Part shown: in pieces, positions 19,620-31,271 of the stretch | Position numbering within the stretch: position 1 is the first letter of the stretch | Layout of the letters: every line of letters begins with the position of its first letter | Source: an uncultured Lentisphaerales bacterium | Lineage (GTDB): Bacteria; Verrucomicrobiota; Lentisphaeria; JABSQK01; UBA12247 | Length of the DNA stretch: 64,000 bases | Direction of reading: 5' to 3' | Assembly (NCBI GenBank): GCA_943788985.1 | Contig: CALSSJ010000012.1 | Span: 64,001-128,000, forward strand | Translations under genes and position numbers: made by a program | Notes under the pieces: model-generated | Seen by the model: only the letters and a program-made list of their open reading frames with translations | Told to the model about the DNA's origin: nothing | Databases searched by the model: none

Positions 19620-20996
19620 TTACTTGGTCAGGCCCCCGAGTGGGGCGAGTACGAAGGGCTCGCGCTCTTTGGCGGGCCGACGGTGGAAGACGTCGAGCAA
19701 CGGCTGCACGATCTCTTGCTCGGCCTTGAGGGCGGTTTCGCGACGACGCTGGGTGGACTCTTCATCACGAATGTTGCGTTGGAGCTCGCGCAGGCGGGTG
19801 TACTCCCGCGGGGTGAAGGTGATGGGGCGGTTGGTCTGGCGCCAGCTAAGGCCCTGGAGTTCTTTGCGCATTTTGTCGAGGGCAGCCTGACGCTGGTTCC
19901 ACTGCTGGTGCAGCAAGCGCTCGTAGACCGACCAGGCGCGAGTCTCGGCGACGACCGCGCGTATGCCAAACGGGGAATCTTCGAACTTGTGATGCAGGTC
20001 TCGGTATTGCAGGGCTAGTTCCTGCAGCAGGGAGGCTTCGACGCCTTTGACCATGAGCTCGACTTCTTGGCGAACTAGCTTGCGGAACTGGCTGCCCTCG
20101 TAGAGGGTGTCGCCAATGAGCGCGTTGGCCGTGGCCTGATTGAGAAGTGCGGCAACGTGCGCTTGGGTGGTCGGGCGGGCGAAAGGGATGCGCGGGTCGC
20201 CGCCGAGCCGGTGCAATGCCAGGAACTTTTGCCAGGCTTTCATACCATGCGCATCGGAGATGCGGGCTCGAATCCAGCTCTCGACGAAATCCCGCTCCTT
20301 ATCGGTGCCACGCAGAACTTGGAGATCGAGCCAGTCGATGAGTCTGCCGGTGGCAGCGTAGGGTTGGTCGGGCTGCCGCCACTCATGGTAGGTGACGACA
20401 CCGCCCAAGCGGGAAAACAGGCTGATTGCGGACTGCGCTGCAGCAAATTCGTAGTCGAGCTCGCCAGTGCCGACGAGGATAGCAAGCTCTTTGTGATACA
20501 GCGGGGCTTCCTGGGGCAGCAGCCCAGGTTTTAGAATCACGGCGCCGGCAATCGCGCCGGGGCGCTGCCAGCTGATCTCGGCTGCGACCATGGCGCCGGC
20601 GCGCAGGCCGCCGACATAGACACGCTTCTCGTCGATGTTCAGAAAGCGCCGCAGATGGCTCATCGTGGCTTCGCAGGTGCGCCAGTTGTCCTGAAACCGC
20701 AGGATGGGATTGCCGTCGCGATCCTTTGGGTAGCTCATGCCTACGGCAATGAAGCCGTGCCCACGATGGGCGAGGGCGGCGGGGCCAATGTCGGGAAAGC
20801 GGTCGGGCTGCCCAAACCAGAACATGATGGGGTAGGCGATTCGTGCATCGTAGGCCTTGGGCGTGTAGACGCGCAGGTAGGGGTGCATGAGGCCGTGTTG
20901 GCGTATGTTTGTCTGCTGGCCGGCTGGGTACGGCACGTCTGCCTGGGTGAGGCAGGCTGCAAGGCAGAGAAGTATGATCAGGGGCGATTTTGCCAT
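19620..20996 (-). CDS. Secreted alpha/beta-hydrolase-fold protein with helical C-terminus, catalytic Ser apparently lost
   Basis: VYTPKAYD..YPIMFW, IDEKRVYVGGLRAGA (G-x-S-x-G reads GLRAG), GTGELD. Confidence 0.6.
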   Translation of the reverse strand: MAKSPLIILLCLAACLTQADVPYPAGQQTNIRQHGLMHPYLRVYTPKAYDARIAYPIMFWFGQPDRFPDIGPAALAHRGHGFIAVGMSYPKDRDGNPILRFQDNWRTCEATMSHLRRFLNIDEKRVYVGGLRAGAMVAAEISWQRPGAIAGAVILKPGLLPQEAPLYHKELAILVGTGELDYEFAAAQSAISLFSRLGGVVTYHEWRQPDQPYAATGRLIDWLDLQVLRGTDKERDFVESWIRARISDAHGMKAWQKFLALHRLGGDPRIPFARPTTQAHVAALLNQATANALIGDTLYEGSQFRKLVRQEVELMVKGVEASLLQELALQYRDLHHKFEDSPFGIRAVVAETRAWSVYERLLHQQWNQRQAALDKMRKELQGLSWRQTNRPITFTPREYTRLRELQRNIRDEESTQRRRETALKAEQEIVQPLLDVFHRRPAKEREPFVLAPLGGLTK

Positions 20997-21007
20997 GGTA
21001 GTGTCCG

Positions 21008-21376
21008 TCAGGTCGCGAGGGCGCGGGCGATAGTGAGGCCTAGAAGTACGGCAATCCCGCCGAAGCCTAACTGTGCCACAACATTGAATAGCGCCAAGCG
21101 GTGCTGATCGTTTTGGATCAGTGAGATGGTTTCATAGCCGAACGAGGAGAAGGTGGTGAAGCCGCCAAGGAAGCCGGTAATGAGCAACAATTGCAGGTAT
21201 TTCTGCTCCTGGCTAAGCAGCCCGGCGGCCAGGCCAATGAGCAGGCAGCCGAGGCCGTTTGCCGTGAACGTCGCCCACGGAAACCCTTGCGGGCTCTTGA
21301 GAAAGTGACTGATCAGGTAGCGGCAAACGGAACCAGCAAAGCCGCCGACTCCAACGAGAAGCAATTTTAGTGGCAT
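21008..21376 (-). CDS. crcB: Fluoride channel Fluc/CrcB
   Basis: GGFAGSVCRY, FPWATFTAN, GFLGGFTTFSSF. Confidence 0.96.
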   Translation of the reverse strand: MPLKLLLVGVGGFAGSVCRYLISHFLKSPQGFPWATFTANGLGCLLIGLAAGLLSQEQKYLQLLLITGFLGGFTTFSSFGYETISLIQNDQHRLALFNVVAQLGFGGIAVLLGLTIARALAT

Positions 21377-21397
21377 ATCGTCGAAGCCGGGCGGGGA

Positions 21398-23680
<2,283 letters not shown>

Positions 23681-23684
<4 letters not shown>

Positions 23685-24625
23685 GCGTAGCTCTCCGCGA
23701 GATCTTCGATGTAGCGAATGACCTCGTCTTCAAGAGTACGGCCGTAGATGGCGTTCATTTCCTGCAGGCATGTGGGAGAGGTGACATTGACTTCGATCAG
23801 AAAGTTGCCGATGACGTCGATCCCGACAAAGTGGAGGCCGAGCTCGCGGAGGTAGGGGCGCAGGACGCCAATGATCTGCAGGTCCCGTTCAGTGATCTCG
23901 GTGGGCTGCGGACGGCCGCCAGCGAAGAAGTTGTTGCGGTGGTCCTCTTGGCCGTGCACGCGCAGCACCGCGCCGAGTGGCTCCCCGCCGAGCAGCAGAA
24001 TTCGCTTATCGCCGGTGGCTGCCTCGGGCACGTGTTGCTGAATAATCACGTGGTTACTGCCGTGATTGCTGAGTGTTTCGAAGATGACGCGGGCATTCGA
24101 ATCATCCTGACGCACGTCAAAGACGCCCATGCCGCCAAAGCCGTCCGTGGGCTTCATGATGGCGCGGCCAAACTCGGCGAGAAACTGCGCGGCATCATCG
24201 TAATGCTGTGTGAGCAGACCGGTTGGTTGGAGGTCCGTGAACTGCATCGCCCAGATCTTCTCGTTTACAGTACGGATGCCAGAAGGCCGGTTGATGACGG
24301 GCGTTGTCTTGGGGAGATGCTCCAGTAACCAGGTGTGGAGCAAGTACTCTTGGTTGAACGGTGGGTCGGTGCGGATGAATACGGCGTCGATCTGGCTGCC
24401 GCTGAGCACGGTGCCCTCGAAAATCTGGAACGGGGGTGAGGCGGCGCGATCCGGCTGAACCCGAAGGACGCGGGCATGAAGCTCGCCATGGTGTAGGCTG
24501 AGGCCGTCTCGATTCAAATAAAATATGGCGTGGCCACGCTTTGCTGCCCCCTCCATGAATGCGAAAGAGGTGTCCTTTTCTTTCTTTATTGTGGACATCT
24601 GGTCCATTAGGAAAACGGTATTCAT
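23681..24625 (-). CDS. gshB: Glutathione synthetase
   Basis: KDTSFA, RTDPPF, NEK, KPTDGFGG, GDKRI, EVNVTSPT. Confidence 0.96.
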
Positions 24626-24681
24626 GGGCTAAAACACACTTTTCTACACACTCGTACATTTTCCGCTGGTAAAAAGCGAGT

Positions 24682-24709
24682 ACTGTAGGCGCGCGGGCCT
24701 CGTGCGCAA
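24682..24709 (-). promoter_or_regulatory. Candidate promoter TTGCGC-N16-TACAGT for the gshB operon
   Basis: Hexamer match; position about 57 bp upstream of the gshB start. Confidence 0.55.
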
Positions 24710-24779
24710 GGCAGGTCCAGCGCCGCACTACCAAAGCGCTGCATGTAAAGCAACCAAAGCAAATCGAACTAGGACTTCT

Positions 24780-26729
24780 ATGGCTTATATCATCGTCGAG
24801 AACGGTGCCTTGCAGGGCCAGCAGTTTCAGCTCGGCGACGAGGCGTTTCTGATCGGTCGGCATTCGTCCTGTGACATCGTCCTGCCGATACCGGGGGTTT
24901 CCCGGAAGCACAGTCAGATCTCAAAGACGGGATCCGGCTACAAGGTCGAGGATCTGAAGAGCCGAAACGGGATCTATGTCAACGGCGTGCCAGTAAAGAA
25001 GTCAGCGCTGCATCATAATGATGTGGTGAACGTGAGCCGTTTCATCATGCGTTTCTTTGACCCGACGGTAGCCAAGCAGCAGGCAGTTGCGCCCGAAGCG
25101 ATCGTCCCGCCGGGGACTGGTTCCGTAAGCGGAACCCGCAGCCCAAGCGTGACGATGCCGGGGCGGAAGATGTCCACTCTATGGTTCGAAGACAGCCCGG
25201 GATTGGGGGCCTCGATGGCGCTCGACGCGACGCGATTTCCGGTCATGGCGCACATCGGGCAGGATCCGAACCAGGCGCGTGATTTGCAGAAACGGCTGGA
25301 TATTTTTTACCAAGTCTCGCAGGCGATGTCATCGACCACCGAGGAGGGGACGCTGCTGTCGCAGATTTTAGACTGCCTGATGGAGGTGTTTCCACAGATC
25401 ATTCGGGCCTATGTCACGACTGGCGACGACATGGAGTCGTTGCAGTTGCGGGCGGTGCGACATCGCAGCGAGGAAGACGCGAGCAAGCCGCTACGACTGA
25501 GCCGCTCGGTGATTGCAGAAGTGATGAGTCGTCGCGAAGCGTTGCTGATTTCTGATTTGTCATCGAGCGAGGAGTATTCGCAGGCTCAAAGCCTGGTGGG
25601 GCAGAACATCTGCTCGATCATGTGTGCGCCGCTGATCGCTCACGATGAGATCTACGGGATTCTGCAGGCTGAGGCCAACCTCGCCTCGCATTCTTTTGCC
25701 GGGGAGGACCTGAACGTGTTGGTGGGAATCGCCGTGCAGGCGGCGTTGTTTCTGCGCAATTCTAAGCTGTTGAACGACATCGCGCTGGAGACCAGTCGGC
25801 GTTCCCAACTGCAGCGCTACTTCTCACCGACGGTGGCCCAGCAGGTGATGAACAACAACCTGCAGTTGGGCGGCGAGATGCGCGATGGCTGCATTATGTT
25901 CTGTGACATTGTGGGCTACACGGTCCATTCGGAGGACCGCAGTCCAGCAGATGTGATCCGTGAATTGAATCGCTATTTCGGAATCATGGTCGGGATCATT
26001 CTGACTGAAAAGGGCACGGTGGATAAGTTCGGTGGCGATGCCATCATGGCGGTGTGGGGCGCTCCGGTTGCGATTGAGCAAGATGCCAAATTTTCGATCT
26101 CGGCAGCACTGCAGATGCAGAACTCTGTGGTCAGGCTCTCGGAAGCTAGTGATGGCGTGGGGATGGGGATCGGCCTGCATTATGGTGAGTTCGTGGCCGG
26201 GAACATTGGGTCAAACGAGCGGATGGAGTACACCGTCATCGGCGAGCATGTGAACATCGCGGCGCGGGTCGAATCAAAGGCCGCGCGTGACATGTTGCTG
26301 GTCACGGAGTCTGTCGTGCATCGGGCTAGTGATGAGGTGTTATTGGGCTGCAGCTTTCTACCGATTCCGCTGAAGGGAGTCAAGAATGCGGCCAAGTTGA
26401 CGTCAATTCGCGGCATCAGAACCGAAGACGGCTATCTACTGAGCATCCCAGCGATATTGAACGATCAGCATGGCAAGATTACCTTCTATGAGCCTACGGC
26501 ACGCGTGTTCAAGTTTGTGTGCCGCGGGCTGTTGGTCGCTGGCATCGGCTCGATTCGGCTGGAGCTGCCCGAAGAGAAGAAGAATACGGCCACCTATCAT
26601 GTCGAGGTTGGGGAGGTCACGAACAGCAGTTTCTACAGTTTTTCCTTTGTGGAGACCCCGCCGCTGATCTACAGCATGTTTAAGGAAGGGATCGTCCCGA
26701 TGGACGAGATCTCTTGGCGCCGCAGATGA
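24780..26729 (+). CDS. FHA-GAF-class III adenylate/guanylate cyclase
   Basis: IGR..SRKH..SRNG (FHA); SIMCAPL (GAF); FCDIVGYT, DKFGGDA, YTVIGEHVNIAARVE. Confidence 0.93.
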   Translation: MAYIIVENGALQGQQFQLGDEAFLIGRHSSCDIVLPIPGVSRKHSQISKTGSGYKVEDLKSRNGIYVNGVPVKKSALHHNDVVNVSRFIMRFFDPTVAKQQAVAPEAIVPPGTGSVSGTRSPSVTMPGRKMSTLWFEDSPGLGASMALDATRFPVMAHIGQDPNQARDLQKRLDIFYQVSQAMSSTTEEGTLLSQILDCLMEVFPQIIRAYVTTGDDMESLQLRAVRHRSEEDASKPLRLSRSVIAEVMSRREALLISDLSSSEEYSQAQSLVGQNICSIMCAPLIAHDEIYGILQAEANLASHSFAGEDLNVLVGIAVQAALFLRNSKLLNDIALETSRRSQLQRYFSPTVAQQVMNNNLQLGGEMRDGCIMFCDIVGYTVHSEDRSPADVIRELNRYFGIMVGIILTEKGTVDKFGGDAIMAVWGAPVAIEQDAKFSISAALQMQNSVVRLSEASDGVGMGIGLHYGEFVAGNIGSNERMEYTVIGEHVNIAARVESKAARDMLLVTESVVHRASDEVLLGCSFLPIPLKGVKNAAKLTSIRGIRTEDGYLLSIPAILNDQHGKITFYEPTARVFKFVCRGLLVAGIGSIRLELPEEKKNTATYHVEVGEVTNSSFYSFSFVETPPLIYSMFKEGIVPMDEISWRRR

Positions 26730-27274
26730 GCGAGGTACTGACACGGTCCAACGCGGTCCTAGTGATTGTGGATATGCAGGAGAGACTGATGCCGGCGATG
26801 TCGAACGCCGAGCAGGCAACTCGAGCCGCCCGAATCATTGCCGCTGGAACCAGAGTACTCGACATTCCAGTGATCGTCACTGAGCAGAATCCGTCTCGTC
26901 TGGGGCCGACGCTTGCCGAGATCGCAGCAGAGGCAGAGGACAGCGTGAAGCTGGAGAAGCTTAGCTTCAGTTGCTGCGGTGCAGGCGGGTTTCTGGATAT
27001 CCTACGAGGCTATGGCCGGTCGCAGGTGCTTTTGGCTGGGATCGAAACCCATGTCTGCATCTACCAGACAGCGCGCGATCTGCTGGCGGAGGGGCTTTCA
27101 GTGCAATTGGTGGCCGATGCCATCACGTCTCGACTTCCGGAGCATCGGGAGCTTGCCATGCGTCGCATGGAGTCTCTTGGCGCAAGTATCACCTCGAGCG
27201 AGATGGCTTTGTTTGAGATGCTCGGTGTTGCGGAGGGTGACGCGTTCAAAGCCATCCTCAATATCGTGCGCTGA
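26726..27274 (+). CDS. Isochorismatase-family hydrolase (YcaC/ISOC-like)
   Basis: VDMQERL, TEQNP, KLSFSC, GIETHVCIYQT. Confidence 0.9.
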   Translation: MSEVLTRSNAVLVIVDMQERLMPAMSNAEQATRAARIIAAGTRVLDIPVIVTEQNPSRLGPTLAEIAAEAEDSVKLEKLSFSCCGAGGFLDILRGYGRSQVLLAGIETHVCIYQTARDLLAEGLSVQLVADAITSRLPEHRELAMRRMESLGASITSSEMALFEMLGVAEGDAFKAILNIVR

Positions 27275-27291
27275 GAATCGGCTGAGGTCAC

Positions 27292-28005
27292 TTGCAGGAT
27301 ATCTCAACTCTGGGACTGGCTCTGGCCTTTCTCCCCGTATTCGGGGTCATCTGGATCCTGTACGTCTGGGGAATCGGCGCGCGCCTGTCTTGCTACGCCG
27401 TGCTCAGAATGCTCACCCAACTGTTGCTGATCGGCTATGTGCTGATTTATGTGTTTCGTGCACAGACCGGGGGGATCATCGTGGGCGTCGTGGCTAGTAT
27501 GATCGTCATTTCCGGCTGGATCGCGCTGCGTACAGTGCCGACCAAGCGCTGGCCCCTTTACAGCCGGGCTGCGCTAGCCATCGCGATTGGGGGTGGCAGC
27601 GTGTTGGTGCTGATCACACAGGTTGTGTTAAAACTTGACCGCTGGTATGAGCCCACGTTCGTCGTTCCGCTGGCTGGGATGATCTTTGCCGGGAGCATGA
27701 ACAGCGTCAGCCTGTCTGCCGAGCGCATCTATTCTGAGCTTGCCGGCGGTGCGACCTACGAGGACGCGCGTCGCTGCGCTCTCAATGCGGCCTTGATCCC
27801 GATTACCAACTCACTATTCGCCGTCGGACTGGTTTCTTTGCCCGGGATGATGACCGGCCAGATTCTGGCTGGGGTATCGCCAATCCTGGCTGCTCGCTAC
27901 CAGATTATGGTTATGTGCATGGCGTTCGCTGCCGCCGGGCTTTCAGCGGCAGTTTTCCTGTGGCTGATCCGATCTTTGGCGGCCGCAGATAAAAAGTCGC
28001 CATGA
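27292..28005 (+). CDS. FetB/UPF0014-type ABC permease
   Basis: RMLTQLLLIGY, VPLAGMI, GLVSLPGMMTGQILAG, RYQI. Confidence 0.85.
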   Translation: MQDISTLGLALAFLPVFGVIWILYVWGIGARLSCYAVLRMLTQLLLIGYVLIYVFRAQTGGIIVGVVASMIVISGWIALRTVPTKRWPLYSRAALAIAIGGGSVLVLITQVVLKLDRWYEPTFVVPLAGMIFAGSMNSVSLSAERIYSELAGGATYEDARRCALNAALIPITNSLFAVGLVSLPGMMTGQILAGVSPILAARYQIMVMCMAFAAAGLSAAVFLWLIRSLAAADKKSP

Positions 28006-28009
28006 CCGC

Positions 28010-28037
28010 TTGCAGCTATCGGATTCGAAGGTATATG
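28010..28037 (+). promoter_or_regulatory. Candidate promoter TTGCAG-N16-TATATG upstream of the structured RNA
   Basis: Same 16-bp spacing as other candidate promoters in the window; predicted start ~28044-28046. Confidence 0.5.
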
Positions 28038-28045
28038 TGGACTGT

Positions 28046-28140
28046 AAGAGAGGGCAAAATTCTCTGACAGCTCTATACATCGGGATCGCAAGATCTTACT
28101 GTCTTCACAGTTTCAGAGCCCCTTTGCCCTCTCTTTTTTT
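28046..28140 (+). ncRNA. Candidate structured small RNA (~95 nt), possibly a minimal 6S-like RNA
   Basis: 13-bp closing stem AAGAGAGGGCAAA/TTTGCCCTCTCTT; CTCTGA/TCAGAG stem; unpaired CAGCTCTATACATC; hairpins GGGATC-GCAA-GATCTT and ACTGT-CTTC-ACAGT; T7 tail. Confidence 0.6.
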
Positions 28141-28173
28141 ATCCCCTGTTGATGACGCAATGGTGAGCGATTG

Positions 28174-29070
28174 ATGCAACTACAACGCGCATCCAGACGC
28201 CTTGTGTTCCCGAAGGCTGGTGCGGCGCGTCAGGTGCTTGACGCCATCTCCGAAATCGAGCTCCGCGAGACCGTGGAGAAGATCGCCATTCCTCGGCATT
28301 TTACGGCTGAGACAGCTGCGAACCAGCGCATTGGCCAGTGGTTGTTCACAGAATTAGAGAGCCTGGGGCTCAGCGTAGCGGTGCAAGGGCAGTCCCGGAA
28401 CATCGTCGCCCATCGGCCTAACATCGTACCCGAAGTTTGGATTGGCGCGCACTACGACTCTATCCCCGGTTGCCCGGGCGCAGATGATAATGCTAGTGCT
28501 GTGGCAGCAGCGCTGGCCTGTGCGAGAGCACTCGCGCAATTGGCTCCTATGCACAACATCGGGTTTGTGGCCTTCAATCGGGAGGAGGACGGGTTGGTCG
28601 GCAGTCGCGAGTTTGTGCATGGCTGGCTGTTGCGCAAGGGAATTCCCGCTCGTGAGGTGCACATTCTTGAGATGATCGGCTACGCCTCAAGTCTTCCTGG
28701 ATCCCAACAGACGCCTGGCGGCCTGCCGCTGCGCTTGCCGAAGACCGGCGATTTTCTTGGCCTGCTTGGCAACCGTCACTCTAGTGGGCTGGTGGACATG
28801 ATGCTGGCCCAGGCTGCTGGCACTCTGCCGGGGCTGCCCGTCTATGGCTTGAAAGTGGGCTTTGGCCTAGAGCGACACTTTGGCGTGCTGATGAGAAGTG
28901 ACCATGCGCCGTTCTGGGAAGCGAACATGCCTGCAGTGATGTGGACCGATACCAGCGAGTTCCGGAATCCCAACTATCACAAACTCACCGATACGCCTGA
29001 TACCTTGGATTATCCGTTTCTGCGCGCAGTCACCACGCTGCTTACTGTGCGCGTATTGGCGACCGGCTGA
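28174..29070 (+). CDS. M28 family metallopeptidase
   Basis: GAHYDS, GADDNAS, NREE, LEMIG, RSDH, YH. Confidence 0.92.
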   Translation: MQLQRASRRLVFPKAGAARQVLDAISEIELRETVEKIAIPRHFTAETAANQRIGQWLFTELESLGLSVAVQGQSRNIVAHRPNIVPEVWIGAHYDSIPGCPGADDNASAVAAALACARALAQLAPMHNIGFVAFNREEDGLVGSREFVHGWLLRKGIPAREVHILEMIGYASSLPGSQQTPGGLPLRLPKTGDFLGLLGNRHSSGLVDMMLAQAAGTLPGLPVYGLKVGFGLERHFGVLMRSDHAPFWEANMPAVMWTDTSEFRNPNYHKLTDTPDTLDYPFLRAVTTLLTVRVLATG

Positions 29071-29072
29071 CG

Positions 29073-29621
29073 ATGTCCGAGGTGCACGCAGAGACCGAGG
29101 CCAAGGTCCCACAACCACAGAACGGCGCGTTCCGCGTGGTCCTGCTGATCGTCTCGGTGGCTGCGGCAGCCGTCGTCCTCTCGGGTTTGCCGCTCGTGGT
29201 CGATCATATAATTTAGCCCGTGGACCGAGCGACGGCCTGGCTGTTCGCCGGTCTAGCTAACGCTGTGGGGGCGGACGTAGCCAGAGTTGGGGCCGTGCTG
29301 ACCATCGGCGGTTTAAATCGGCAAGTCGTTATCGGCTACGGCTGTGATGGCGTGCTCGCCTATTTATTGTTGTGTAGCGTGATCATCCCGATTCCGGTGA
29401 CGATTCGACTACGCCCGGCCGGACTAGCGGCTGGTCTGGTGTTTGTGCTGGTGATGAATCAACTACGGGTTGCCGGACTTGTGCTGTCATTGACCACTGG
29501 CCCGAACGACGAGCTGTTCGAATTCTACCACATCTACGTAGGCCAGATGTTTGCCGTTGCGATAGTCTTCGTGTTCTGGTCGCATTGGCTAAAACTGGCT
29601 CTCAACAAGGCAAAATCGTGA
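29073..29621 (+). CDS. Exosortase/archaeosortase-family transpeptidase with an in-frame TAG at 29214
   Basis: Cys (GYGCDG), Arg (NQLR), His (YHIY) triad in a multi-TM protein; upstream TM segment is in the same frame across the TAG. Confidence 0.75.
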
Positions 29622-30226
29622 ACGCACCAGTTGTCGAACAGCTAGAGGCGGCGCTGGCACCGTTTCGCGGGCGGGCACTATGGTCGATGCTCGCGAGGCT
29701 AGTCATGGCGACTGTGCTTGCCCTATTGCTGTGGCGCCAAGGCGGGCTGGAAAGCGTCGCCGGTGCTGCTGCGATGCCTGTCGTTCAGACAGCGCTTGGC
29801 TTGGCGACCGCCGAGGATGTGCTCAGCAACAACGACGAACCTCGCCGGATTCTCCAGTTTTCGGTGCCCAGTACGATCGCGAAAGGAGTGGCACTGGTGG
29901 AGCTTAAGGTCATGTTGCTTTTCGCCATCCTTGTACCAGCATTACTGCTTCTCGCGGCACCGTTGGGTGGTCTGCGGGATCTGCGGCGAATCGGCCTAAG
30001 TCTGCTGTTTGCCGTTCCCGCGATGATGGCGGTTGTTCTTCTGGATCTCGGAATCTATGCGATCGTGGTTCTGCGCCTGCGCTCTGGCAATGACTATCTA
30101 ATCTCCGACGAGACCAGTCAGGCTCTCAACAGCCTGGTGGTGGGATTTGATTTTCTGCTGATTCCGCTGGCCCTATCGGTCGCAGCTTGGACACTCGCAG
30201 GCAAGCTGCAGGCAGGCAAACAATAG
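29618..30226 (+). CDS. Multi-pass membrane protein coupled to the exosortase
   Basis: GTGA overlap with the exosortase stop; about four hydrophobic helices. Confidence 0.6.
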   Translation: MNAPVVEQLEAALAPFRGRALWSMLARLVMATVLALLLWRQGGLESVAGAAAMPVVQTALGLATAEDVLSNNDEPRRILQFSVPSTIAKGVALVELKVMLLFAILVPALLLLAAPLGGLRDLRRIGLSLLFAVPAMMAVVLLDLGIYAIVVLRLRSGNDYLISDETSQALNSLVVGFDFLLIPLALSVAAWTLAGKLQAGKQ

Positions 30227-30564
30227 CAGGCCCAATGGCCACGGTGCGTGGCTATCGCGAGAACCGGCCGGTGCGTGATCGTGGCGCGGTCGTCTCGCTG
30301 CAAGCGCAACGTGTGTTGCGCGAATGGCATGGTGTGAGGGGGTCTGGAGCGGTATTTGTAGATGCGGGCATGGCCGAAGGAGTCGCCGGTGGCGATGCCG
30401 GGCCCAATAGCATCACAAGTGGCGGACTGGGCCTGATTGCCGAAGACGGTAAGCGATTCCGGGGCGAGCTGTGTTGGGCTAAGGCATTTCGCCATTACGA
30501 CAACTTTGTTGACCACATGCAAGACCGCGGCCTGCACGTGGCGGTGTCGTACCGGTTCTGGTAG
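30226..30564 (+). pseudogene. C-terminal fragment of a ShlB/FhaC/HecB (TpsB/Omp85) beta-barrel
   Basis: TVRGYREN..VRD.G (VRGY loop), VFVDAG, SGGLGL, MQDRGLHVAVSYRFW terminal strand; no signal peptide or POTRA domains. Confidence 0.7.
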
Positions 30565-30569
30565 TCGCC

Positions 30570-31271
30570 TTAGTCGTCCGCTTGGTGGATCGCGACGGTA
30601 ATCTCGCCTTTCCAGGTCTTTTCTGCGCACTGCGCAGCCAGCTCTCCCGCAGTCCCCCGAATGACCTCCTCATGCCGCTTGGTGGCTTCGCGCACGATCA
30701 CCACGCGGGTTCCTGGCCCGAGGGTCTCGCTGATCTCGACCAACAACTTGCTCACGCGGTGCGGTGACTCATAGAGGATGACCGTAGGCACGTCCTGGGC
30801 GATTGCGGCCAGACGGGTCCGGCGTTTCAGGCCTTTCTGCGGGAGAAATCCGGCAAAGCTAAAATGGGTGACTGGGAACCCGCAGGCCGTGGCGGCAAAG
30901 CACATGGCGCTCACTCCGGGAATGATTACTGGCTCGATGCCTCGTTCCACGGCGGCGCGCACGAGCACGAAGCCCGGATCGGAGATCGAGGGTGTTCCAG
31001 CATCGGTCAGCATCGCGATGCGGGCACCACCTTCGACCTCTTCAACCATGCGTTCGGTCTTGTGCTTCTCATTGTGTGCATGATAGCTAATCACGCGTTT
31101 GGAGATCTCAAAGTGAGTCAGTAGCCCTTTGGCACGGCGGGTATCTTCGGCGGCAACGATGGTCGCCTCGCGCAGCGTTTCGAGAGCCCTAAGGGTGATG
31201 TCCGAAAGATTGCCGATTGGTGTGGCAACGAGGGCGAGCCAGCCTTCGCCAGGTTCCGTAGGGGTGCTCAT
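30570..31271 (-). CDS. rsmI: 16S rRNA C1402 2'-O-methyltransferase
   Basis: VATPIGNLSDITLRA, AEDTR, DAGTPSISDPG, YESPHR. Confidence 0.96.
   Translation of the reverse strand: MSTPTEPGEGWLALVATPIGNLSDITLRALETLREATIVAAEDTRRAKGLLTHFEISKRVISYHAHNEKHKTERMVEEVEGGARIAMLTDAGTPSISDPGFVLVRAAVERGIEPVIIPGVSAMCFAATACGFPVTHFSFAGFLPQKGLKRRTRLAAIAQDVPTVILYESPHRVSKLLVEISETLGPGTRVVIVREATKRHEEVIRGTAGELAAQCAEKTWKGEITVAIHQADD

Noticed and set aside
28050..28130. c-di-GMP-I riboswitch resemblance (GGCAAA...GGGA.CGCAA...TGCC)
   Set aside because: No GAAA-capped P2 stem or tetraloop receptor; the alternative rod fold is much stronger
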